Position numbers and translations under genes: made by a program. This document shows positions 8,706-21,351 of a stretch of DNA of 26,206 nucleotides, piece after piece. The stretch is taken from assembly GCA_043821645.1 (NCBI GenBank), contig JBDRCO010000127.1, positions 1-26,206 on the forward strand, given 5' to 3'. Source of the stretch: Pseudomonadota bacterium (GTDB lineage: Bacteria > Myxococcota > JACRCW01 > JAFGSX01). Every line of letters starts with the position of its first letter. Within the stretch, counting starts at the first letter, position 1. The notes under the pieces are model-generated. The model saw nothing but the letters and a program-made list of their open reading frames with translations. It searched no databases and was not told the origin of the DNA.

Positions 8706-9476
8706 ATGACAGGCCCCCTGCTCTACCGCGACTACAACAGGGAGGAGCGGGCCCTGTGCTTCCACCTGATGCGCCTGCTGTTCACACGCATCGACGAGGT
8801 GGGGGACCCGCGGCCGGTCGATGACTTCCTCGCGGCCTTGGACCCGGAGTACCAGCCGGGGGCCACTGGCATCGACGTCCTCGGCGAGGTGGCCCTCATC
8901 CGCGACGCCTACCACGCCCGCAAGGAAGCCCCCTTCGAGCTGCTCGACGCCATCGTCGAGCTCATCCGCGAGCAGGAGGGGCTGCAGCACGTGAGGCCCT
9001 ACACGAAACTACCTGAGGTGCTGCGAGACCCGCGGCAGACCCACCCAGGTCAGATCTGCCGCAAGGCAACCAGCACGGGCATGCAGCTCAGCGAACACGA
9101 GCGCCTGGCCTATGGGGCCCTGCAGGGCATGTTCAACGCGAAGCCGGACCTGGCGGTGGTCACGCCATCGACGCTGTACGTGGTCGAGGCCAAGTTCACC
9201 GAGGCCCTCGACGCCACCCAGCTCGACCGCACCCGCAAGATCGGGGAGGTCTGGCAGAAGCTCCTGCCCGCAGACCTTGGCTACGCCGAGCCCCCTCGGC
9301 TGCACGTCGCCACGCTGGCGGCCAGTCGATACAAGCCGGACATGAGCTGGCAGCAGGTCGTGGAGATGGCTCGCAGGCACCTCCCTGCAGGTGACAGGAG
9401 CCTGCTCGCCCTGGAGCGAGGGCTGGCCCTGCTGCAGCCCGAGCCGGAGGCCCAGCCCTCCCCTGCCGAGATCTAG
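8706..9476 (+). CDS. Putative PD-(D/E)XK nuclease-fold protein
   Basis: AGGAG RBS before ATG 8706; motif KPDLAVVTPSTLYVVEAKF...QLDR; N-terminal NREERALC helix. Confidence 0.72.
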   Translation: MTGPLLYRDYNREERALCFHLMRLLFTRIDEVGDPRPVDDFLAALDPEYQPGATGIDVLGEVALIRDAYHARKEAPFELLDAIVELIREQEGLQHVRPYTKLPEVLRDPRQTHPGQICRKATSTGMQLSEHERLAYGALQGMFNAKPDLAVVTPSTLYVVEAKFTEALDATQLDRTRKIGEVWQKLLPADLGYAEPPRLHVATLAASRYKPDMSWQQVVEMARRHLPAGDRSLLALERGLALLQPEPEAQPSPAEI

Positions 9477-9540
9477 AAGATCCAGCACAGGCGATCCTGG
9501 TGAACCTGGGAGTCCCTGGAAACAGGGGCCGCCGGGTGAT

Positions 9541-9596
9541 GATGCCGCATAGCGGCGCTTGTTCGCTTGATGGCGACGCGCCGCTGCAGCGTCATC
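9541..9596. repeat. 56-bp bulged-hairpin repeat, copy 2
   Basis: Same orientation as 3958-4013; the single difference (C/A) lies in the terminal loop. Confidence 0.92.
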
Positions 9597-9731
9597 CGAT
9601 CGAGAGCTGTCAGATCCTGACGTCGGAAAGCGTCTTCATATCAGGGGGATGGGGGCGTGGCTGAGTGCGACACAAGATGTCGCAGTAGCCATGGATACTG
9701 GGATCAGATGGACAGCAGGAGCGGAGGGGAC

Positions 9732-10700
9732 ATGGCCTCGAAGAAGGAGAGGCAGGAGGCCAGGCAACGGAAGCTCGTGGAGCTGCTTCTGGAGAGAAAG
9801 AAGGTGACGAGGCGGAGGCGACAGCGGGCGCTGCGGAGGGACAGGAGAGCCATGGAGCTTTCAGAACAGGGGCGTCTGACCGAGGCGCTCGAGAGCGCCG
9901 TCATTGCCGCCAGGCTGTGCCCGGACGACCCGCGTCTGCTGTGCAACTGCGGCGTGAGCTTCTTCATGCTCGGGCTTCACACGGAGTGCCTCGCCCTGAT
10001 GAGGCTTGCGGCCGAGTTCCTTGACGACGAGCTCGACACGCTGACCTGGGAGGACGCGACGCTCCTGGCGGTGGTCGGGCTCGGCATCGTCGAGGAGGAC
10101 CCGGACATCGGCCTCAAATTCCTGCGCCATGCCGTCGGCCTGGACGAGGAGTGCGGTCTCGCCCACCACAACCTGTCGGTGGCCCTGGGCAAGCTGGGCC
10201 TCAACGAGGACGCCCTGCCACATGCGCGCAAGGCTCTTGCGCTCAGACCAATGGACCCAGATTTCAGAATCCAGCTGGCCACTGCGTGCGCCTTCACAGG
10301 CCTTGCCGAGGAATCCCTCGAGCACCTCGAGGTCCTGAAGCGCAGCGGGCAGCTCGACGAGGACTCGCGCTTCAACCTGGCCCTCCGCTACCTCGATGCC
10401 GACAGGGAGATGGAGGCCGTGGAGCTGTTCAAGCAGCACCTGGCAGAACACCCCGACGACGCCTGCGGTCATGGCCTGGCAGGAGTGGCGTACGCCCAGA
10501 TGCGGTGGGACAGCGATGCCAGGCAGGAGCAGGCAGAAGCCCTGCGGCTGGGCAAGGACAGACCCGAGGTCATGCGCCTGGTCGACGAGATCGATGAGAT
10601 CCTGGGCAAGGGTGGTGGCGAGGAGGACGAGCAGAAGGCCTTGCTGGCGATGTTCGTCATGGCGGCCCTGATGAGAAGGGGGAGCCGGAGCCTGCTGTGA
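9732..10700 (+). CDS. Tetratricopeptide repeat protein
   Basis: GGAGG RBS; basic N-terminus; TPR motifs such as AHHNLSVALGKLGLNEDALPHARKALALRP. Confidence 0.85.
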   Translation: MASKKERQEARQRKLVELLLERKKVTRRRRQRALRRDRRAMELSEQGRLTEALESAVIAARLCPDDPRLLCNCGVSFFMLGLHTECLALMRLAAEFLDDELDTLTWEDATLLAVVGLGIVEEDPDIGLKFLRHAVGLDEECGLAHHNLSVALGKLGLNEDALPHARKALALRPMDPDFRIQLATACAFTGLAEESLEHLEVLKRSGQLDEDSRFNLALRYLDADREMEAVELFKQHLAEHPDDACGHGLAGVAYAQMRWDSDARQEQAEALRLGKDRPEVMRLVDEIDEILGKGGGEEDEQKALLAMFVMAALMRRGSRSLL

Positions 10701-10849
10701 GGGGGCGGGAAGAATCGCCCGCTTCTGGGCCCTGGCCGTGACCGATGCTGACACGGTGGCGTGGTCCACTGGTCCTGTCCGGGGGAGTGGGATGAGCCGC
10801 GAAAGCGTTGCAGGTGGGGCCTTGCCCCCCTGCCAGGAGGAAAAGCAGC

Positions 10850-11812
10850 ATGACGGTTGAGGATGGAAATCAAGCGCCCTCCCGGGTGGTCATCGCCGGG
10901 TTCGGGGCTTGCGGAGCCGACGTGGTGCGGCTCATCGCGAAGCTGGACCCGCAGGAGAACACGGAGCTGTGCACCATAGGCGGGCCCGACGTGCTCGAGC
11001 GGGCAACCGGCACGCAGCGCTTCAGAGCGGTGGAGCTGCAGCCTCAGGCGCCCCGGCTGGGGAGCCGAAGGCCTCACGCGGTGGAGGTTGCCGTCCCCGG
11101 GGTGCAGGCCCTGGCCGAGAAGCTGTCAGGCAGTGACGTGGCCGTGCTGGTGATGGACCTGACAGACCCGTCGTGGCTCGAAGCGGTCCCGCAGCCCGGT
11201 GCCCTGGTCAGGGCCGGTCAGGCGGTGGGAGCGCAGGAGGCGCTGAGCATGCTGCTCTCGGGCGCCGACGTGAAGCTCCCGCAGGTGGTCATCGGCATGG
11301 GACTGGTCGACGACAGGGGTGGCCCCCCTGCCCTGCGCGAGACCCTGGCCCGTGCCAGCTCGATGTGGTTCTTCAAGAAGAGCTGGCAGACGGGGCACGA
11401 GGTGCCCCAGCAGGATGGGCGGCGCCGCAACGATGCGGTCAACCTGGTGCGAGCGCTGGTGGACCCCATGCATGACGACGGCAATGTTCGGTTCGAGCTG
11501 CCGGAGATGAAGCTCTACGCCGAGACGTCGGGTCACTCGCAGTTCGCCTCGACGTTCGCCACCGGTGAGGGACGCGACTACCTCGTCGCCCAGGAGCTCA
11601 TCGTCATGGGAGCTGCGAACCAGGCTGCACCGCTGGCGAAGGCCAGGCGCGTGTACCTGCACATGCGCGGAGGCAAGGACGTGGCGCTGCGCGAGGTCCA
11701 CAACCTCGCCCTGGTGGTGGGCAACTCCATCGAGGTGGAGCCGGAGATGTTCTTCACCTCGATGTTCGTCGACGGGGAGAACGAGCTGACGGCCACGGTG
11801 GTGTGGGCCTGA
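10850..11812 (+). CDS. Degenerate FtsZ/tubulin-fold paralog, predicted to lack GTPase activity
   Basis: AGGAGG RBS; VVIAGFGACGADVV (T1-like); LSGSDVAVLV; C-terminal ATGEGR..LAKARRVYLHMRGGKDVALREV..ELTATVV, collinear with the FtsZ C-domain; GGGTGTG absent. Confidence 0.78.
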   Translation: MTVEDGNQAPSRVVIAGFGACGADVVRLIAKLDPQENTELCTIGGPDVLERATGTQRFRAVELQPQAPRLGSRRPHAVEVAVPGVQALAEKLSGSDVAVLVMDLTDPSWLEAVPQPGALVRAGQAVGAQEALSMLLSGADVKLPQVVIGMGLVDDRGGPPALRETLARASSMWFFKKSWQTGHEVPQQDGRRRNDAVNLVRALVDPMHDDGNVRFELPEMKLYAETSGHSQFASTFATGEGRDYLVAQELIVMGAANQAAPLAKARRVYLHMRGGKDVALREVHNLALVVGNSIEVEPEMFFTSMFVDGENELTATVVWA

Positions 11813-11844
11813 GGGCTGCCCGGCTGGGGGGGTCCTGAAAACAA

Positions 11845-11870
11845 GAGGCTCCCCGTCGCCGGGGAGCCTC
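11845..11870 (-). terminator. Hairpin between convergent genes, intrinsic terminator
   Basis: gaggctccccg-tcgc-cggggagcctc, 11-bp perfect stem, followed by TTGTTTT on the minus strand. Confidence 0.8.
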
Positions 11871-11902
11871 CTGCTGGCTCGGGTTGTCGTGGGGCGGCCT
11901 GC

Positions 11903-12187
11903 CTAGTTGCTCGGCTGGCGGTCCGGGAAGTCGCGGATGTGCAGGCGGCCGTCCACCGGCAGGCAGTCGAGCTGGACGTTCAGGGAGTCGTCCTTGTTGA
12001 TGAAGGCGACGCCCACGCGCGTCCAGTAGCTCTTGTCCGCCTCCTTGCCCTCCTTGATCGAGTACACCGCCTTGCGGCGAACCTCGCTGCCCGTGTTCGG
12101 GCTCGGACTCGCCTGCTCGGTGTCCTGCACGGGAGCGGGGGTGGTGGGCTTGGTCGGCTGGCTGTTGCGTCCCTTGTACTGCTGCAT
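11903..12187 (-). CDS. Small conserved protein, SSB/DUF736-like, paralog 1
   Basis: GGAGG RBS before ATG 12187; KAVYSI..KSYWTRVGVAFINKDDSLNVQLDCLPVDGRLHIRD. The ssDNA-binding role is an inference. Confidence 0.8.
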   Translation of the reverse strand: MQQYKGRNSQPTKPTTPAPVQDTEQASPSPNTGSEVRRKAVYSIKEGKEADKSYWTRVGVAFINKDDSLNVQLDCLPVDGRLHIRDFPDRQPSN

Positions 12188-12233
12188 CTCGTCCTCCCTG
12201 GCGGGGTTGGTTGGCCGCCTCGTGATGTTTCGC

Positions 12234-12263
12234 AAGGTACCCTGTGGTATCTTAGGGTGTCAA
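12234..12263 (-). promoter_or_regulatory. Putative sigma70 promoter of SSB-like paralog 1
   Basis: TTGACA (12263-12258), 18 nt, TACCTT (12239-12234); the spacer is bounded by an ACCCT/AGGGT inverted repeat. Confidence 0.55.
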
Positions 12264-12540
12264 TGGGTTTCTTTTGGCACCTCAAAGATCGGGTCTGCTG
12301 GCGGGCTGCCGGGGGGGAACCCTGGAGGCGGTGAAAAGCTCAGGAAAACGGAGAGATAAAAAGAAGAGTCCGTCCCACGGGGTTGGGTTTTCGGTGTTCT
12401 GGTGGGTGGTGGAAAAAGAAGCTGATGGGGGATCGTAGCTTGATCTCGAGTATCGCACGGGTCCCTGCCGCCTCCAAAAAAACGACCGGAGATCACCTGG
12501 GAGTCCTGGAGAGACGTGCCGGACAAAGGCGGGGGCAACA

Positions 12541-12591
12541 CCGCAGCGCGTCGCTTGGGTGCTGGTTGGCCCCGCGACGCGCAGCGCTGTG
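12541..12591. repeat. GC-rich hairpin, possibly a divergent third copy of the 56-bp repeat
   Basis: GCGCGTCGC/GCGACGCGC stem; shares ccgca, cgcttg, gcgacgcgc and cgctg in the same order. Confidence 0.45.
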
Positions 12592-12601
12592 GGGGGGGGG
12601 G

Positions 12602-13135
12602 CTACCAGTACCACTCGGAGAAAGACCGAACCTTGAGCTTCCTGGCGACGGACGACGACGATGCTGGAAACCATGCCAGCTCTCGCCCTGCCCTGTCCGG
12701 GACACGGGCAGAGGTGGCTTTCACGCCACGCAGGCCTGCATCCTTGACGGAGCTGCCGATTGGCTGGCACGTGGAGTGAGGGATGAGCGACCCTGCCTCA
12801 TCGAGCGGGTAGGACGAGCGCAGTCCCAGAGCCGCAAGGCCGGTGCTGGTGATGGCGTCGGCAACGCGTTGCCGCCTCGGAACAGTGGCATGGACGAGGA
12901 CAGGACCCGTGCTGTCCAGCAGGTCCTCTGGTTCGTAGGGCCAGCCCTGGATGAACAACCGCAGGTTGAAGCGGGCAGTCCTCACGTCCTCGTTCAGGTA
13001 CAGGGTCGGGAAACTATGCGGTGGATTCCACCTGCCGCCGCTGGCGGCGGCGAAGCTGGGGTCCAGAGGGTTTTCCCACGAAGGGTCCGCGATGCGAAGC
13101 CACTCGTGGCCATCAGCCAGGTGCTCGGAGCGCAT
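12602..13135 (-). CDS. RES-domain toxin (NAD+ phosphorylase/ART family)
   Basis: WLRIAD..GGRWNP..LYLNED..GLRGVKATSAR..ELAWF; ATG overlaps the antitoxin stop (TGATG). Confidence 0.9.
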   Translation of the reverse strand: MRSEHLADGHEWLRIADPSWENPLDPSFAAASGGRWNPPHSFPTLYLNEDVRTARFNLRLFIQGWPYEPEDLLDSTGPVLVHATVPRRQRVADAITSTGLAALGLRSSYPLDEAGSLIPHSTCQPIGSSVKDAGLRGVKATSARVPDRAGRELAWFPASSSSVARKLKVRSFSEWYW

Positions 13136-13581
13136 CAGCCGTGAATCCGTGAGAAGTCGAACATCTCCCGGCACGCGGCCAGGACCTCGCGTGTGCGCTT
13201 CCTCCCGGCAAGGTCGAGAAGGGACTTGCCCTGGAGGTTCTCGGCCTTGCGGCGGACAACGGCCGGGATGCGCTCGGGCTTCAGGTAGTGGCAGAGCACG
13301 TCGGTGGCTGCTGCCAGGTCCGCAACGGCCTCCAGGCGTTCACCCGGAACGCCGCGGCTCAGCCACTTGCTGAGGGCCTGGCGTGATACCCCGAACAGGG
13401 TCGCCGCTTCGGACTGGCTCAGGCCCCAGGCTGCAAGGACCCGGGGCAGCTCGTCGATGGCCCCCTGCTCGGCAAGGTGGCGCCGCAGGCCCGAGAGCCA
13501 GGCCGGACTGGCGGCCCTGGCCAGCTCCCTTGCTGCTTGGGCCGGCTTGAGTTCGAGGAGCTGGGTGTCGCTGGTGACCAT
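13135..13581 (-). CDS. Xre/MbcA/ParS-type HTH antitoxin
   Basis: GGAGG RBS; HTH WGLSQSEAATLFGVSRQALSKW; C-terminal RRKAENLQGKSLLDL; directly upstream of RES. Confidence 0.88.
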   Translation of the reverse strand: MVTSDTQLLELKPAQAARELARAASPAWLSGLRRHLAEQGAIDELPRVLAAWGLSQSEAATLFGVSRQALSKWLSRGVPGERLEAVADLAAATDVLCHYLKPERIPAVVRRKAENLQGKSLLDLAGRKRTREVLAACREMFDFSRIHG

Positions 13582-13594
13582 GCAGAGCCTCCCA

Positions 13595-13628
13595 TGCAAC
13601 CATATGTCAACTGCAACCTTATGTCAAC
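13595..13628 (-). promoter_or_regulatory. Toxin-antitoxin sigma70 promoter with tandem 17-bp operator repeats
   Basis: GTTGACATA(A/T)GGTTGCA twice; TTGACA (13627-13622), 17 nt, TATGGT (13604-13599). Confidence 0.8.
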
Positions 13629-13634
13629 CTCGCG

Positions 13635-13684
13635 GCACACCAAGGGGCCCCCGGTGGTAAGCCGGGGGCCCTGGTGGCTGGCTG
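13635..13684. repeat. ~50-bp hairpin direct repeat, copy A
   Basis: gcacaccaag-gggcccccgg-tggtaag-ccgggggccc-tggtggctggctg; matches 19287-19337 with 4 substitutions and 1 indel. Confidence 0.88.
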
Positions 13685-13700
13685 TGCGGTAGTTGGAAGG

Positions 13701-19178
<5,478 letters not shown>

Positions 19179-19286
19179 GCCCGCCCCCGACAGCGCCGCA
19201 CCGAAAGTGTGTGATAGCCAGGGAAGGCAAGCGAGGTCAATTGCCCGCTTGTAGTTTTCCCGACGGGAAATGGGCCTGCGCTTCAT

Positions 19287-19337
19287 GCACACCAAGAGGC
19301 CCCCGGTGTTGAGCCGGGGGCCTCTGGTGGCGGGCTG
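19287..19337. repeat. ~50-bp hairpin direct repeat, copy B, probable terminator of SSB-like paralog 2
   Basis: agaggcccccgg-tgttgag-ccgggggcctct, 12-bp stem (19295-19325). Confidence 0.88.
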
Positions 19338-19342
19338 GTGGC

Positions 19343-19537
19343 CTAGTCCTCCTTGGCCTGGGCCTCGCGGACGTGGAGGCGGCCGTTGACCGGCAGGGCG
19401 TCGAGCAGGACCGTCAGCGACTCGTCGCGGTTGACGAAGGCGCTCCCGACCTGGCGCCAGATGCTCTTGCCCTCCCCCGTCTCGATGATGGTGTAGACGA
19501 CCTTGCGCTTGCTGCTGCTCTGGTTCTCGTTGGCCAT
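19343..19537 (-). CDS. Small conserved protein, SSB/DUF736-like, paralog 2
   Basis: AAGGAG RBS; RKVVYTII..KSIWRQVGSAFVNRDESLTVLLDALPVNGRLHVRE, clearly homologous to 11903-12187. Confidence 0.85.
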   Translation of the reverse strand: MANENQSSSKRKVVYTIIETGEGKSIWRQVGSAFVNRDESLTVLLDALPVNGRLHVREAQAKED

Positions 19538-20004
19538 TGGTTTTCTCCTTGTTGGTGGTTGGCCTCTCGCGATGTCAGGAGGCCAAACCCGGCAAGGAGG
19601 AGCGCAGCACGCCCTTCAGGACCGTGGAGCGGACGGCAGAGCGCATGACGGGTTCCGGCGCCACGACGGGTTCAGGCAGGCGGGCTGTGAGGAAGCTCGG
19701 GACGAGGGGGCGGGCAAGCGAATGGAGATGGCGGACGGGAACGGGGCAGGCTTTGAAGGGGGTGGCCTGGTGGCATGGAGACCGGGGGTTGGAAGGAATC
19801 GGGGCCTTGGTGGCTGGAGCTGGGCGTGGCCCGACGTCAGGTGGGTCTCACTGGACTGGAATCGGTGACGGCGGCACGATGGATGACGACGGAGGAGTCC
19901 TGGCACGTGTCTGCTGGGTCCAGCAGGTCATGCACGAGGGGTGTCCAGGCCAGGCCGATGGGGTGACAGAGAGCGCTTTGCCCCCTGCGTTCCGTGGAGC
20001 ACAC

Positions 20005-20265
20005 ATGAAGTGGATGCAGTTCATCCTCCCGCTTGCGATTGCCGTGAGCATCGCAGCCTGCTGCGATAGCGAGGCGGCCTGTAGCGCCGTCGAGCCAGGC
20101 ATGAGTCAGAGCGAGGCCCTCGAGCCATTCTGTCCGGGTACGAAGTATGACGTGGGAGTCGGCAGGTTCGTCATCACGGGTCCCGACGGCAGCACCTGCA
20201 CCTGTCCGACCAACATTTCAGACAGCCACATCAACGGCGCCTGCACGTTCAAGGCGGCAGAATAG
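20005..20265 (+). CDS. Small Cys-rich lipoprotein (86 aa)
   Basis: GGAG RBS; signal MKWMQFILPLAIAVSIAA-C; six further Cys; GMSQSEA motif. Confidence 0.72.
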   Translation: MKWMQFILPLAIAVSIAACCDSEAACSAVEPGMSQSEALEPFCPGTKYDVGVGRFVITGPDGSTCTCPTNISDSHINGACTFKAAE

Positions 20266-20410
20266 ACATCTGAAGTCACCCAGACCTCCATGGGAGTCGA
20301 CGAGGGCCCTGTCGACTCCGGTCGCGCTGGTCTGCGCCTGTCGGGTGCTTCCTCGAACCCCTGCCTCCTCGACCCCGACCACCATCTCCGGCGGCGCAGC
20401 ATGGGACGGG

Positions 20411-20443
20411 TGAACCGTTCATCAACGGTTCAGTGAACGGTTC
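20411..20443. promoter_or_regulatory. Palindromic putative enhancer (UAS)
   Basis: TGAACCGTT-catc-AACGGTTCA, plus a third half-site AACGGTTC (20436-20443). Confidence 0.7.
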
Positions 20444-20515
20444 GTGGGGCCCTGGTGGCGTTTGCTGCGCCAGGAAAAACGATAAGTTACGAGGCCGACG
20501 GGCGACCTCCTCGGG

Positions 20516-20531
20516 TGGCACCGTTCGTGCT
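20516..20531 (+). promoter_or_regulatory. Sigma54 (-24/-12) promoter
   Basis: TGGCACCGTTCGTGCT versus consensus TGGCAC-N5-TTGCW; exact GG-N10-GC spacing; 64 nt upstream of ATG 20596. Confidence 0.72.
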
Positions 20532-20595
20532 CAACAGGGTTCTGTCAGGCGCAAGACGCAAAACCAACCGGCCACAGAAGCCAGAGGAGACCGCC

Positions 20596-21336
20596 ATGTT
20601 CAACGCGATCAGCACCGTCAGCACCGCCGCGATGAACCGCACCAGCGTGGCCGGGGCGACAGACCCCACGCCGATGACGCCAGCCAGGCCGGCATCCAGC
20701 AGGGACCAGGACAGCTACACGCTCGCCTCGCACCCGCAGGCAATCCAGATGTGCCAGGCCGGGGGCAATAGCGACAGGCCCCTGCCCACCCAGGCCGAAG
20801 CGCTCAAGGACATCAAGCAGAACGCCATGCCCCGGGTACTCGAGGGGATGAAGCGGGACGGTGAGTCCAACAACAAGTCCAACTGCGACGTGGGCGCGGG
20901 CAGGATGCTGGCCGAGCTGCGCAGCCGCGGATACCAGGCCGAACTCAACCAGTCCGCGGGGCACGTGACCGTGCGGGTCAAGACCCAGGGTGAGGACATC
21001 ATCGTCGACCCGACCGCAGCGCAGTTCTTCAAGGACGGCACCGCGATCGACAGCACGCTGCAGAAGAAGGGCTTCGTCGGCACCCGCGAGCAGCTGAGGG
21101 AAACCTATGTCAACCACGCCGAGGACCTGACCGCGGCCCAGAATGTGCCCACCCGGGACAAGCTGCGCGCGGACAACCCAGGCTACCCCGCCGGGGACAT
21201 CCAGTTTCTGCAGAAGGACGCGGCCGGGCTCAACTTCGATCTGCACTACACGCCCGACACCCGCAGCACCGCTCTGCGCGACTCGGCGACCGACAACTGC
21301 CAGCTCAGCGTGCTGCGCGCCCTGAACAATCGCTGA
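20596..21336 (+). CDS. Papain/transglutaminase-fold putative effector enzyme
   Basis: GAGGAG RBS; S/T/P/A-rich N-terminus; putative triad SNCDVGA, AGHVTV, IIVDPT. Confidence 0.7.
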   Translation: MFNAISTVSTAAMNRTSVAGATDPTPMTPARPASSRDQDSYTLASHPQAIQMCQAGGNSDRPLPTQAEALKDIKQNAMPRVLEGMKRDGESNNKSNCDVGAGRMLAELRSRGYQAELNQSAGHVTVRVKTQGEDIIVDPTAAQFFKDGTAIDSTLQKKGFVGTREQLRETYVNHAEDLTAAQNVPTRDKLRADNPGYPAGDIQFLQKDAAGLNFDLHYTPDTRSTALRDSATDNCQLSVLRALNNR

Positions 21337-21351
21337 ACCGACTGCCTCCCG

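Noticed and set aside
10850-11812. Naming this gene ftsZ
   Set aside because: Signature motifs, the C-terminal peptide and dcw context are all missing.
19901-19915. Sigma54 promoter for the small lipoprotein (TGGCACGTGTCTGCT)
   Set aside because: GG-GC spacing is 9 rather than the required 10.
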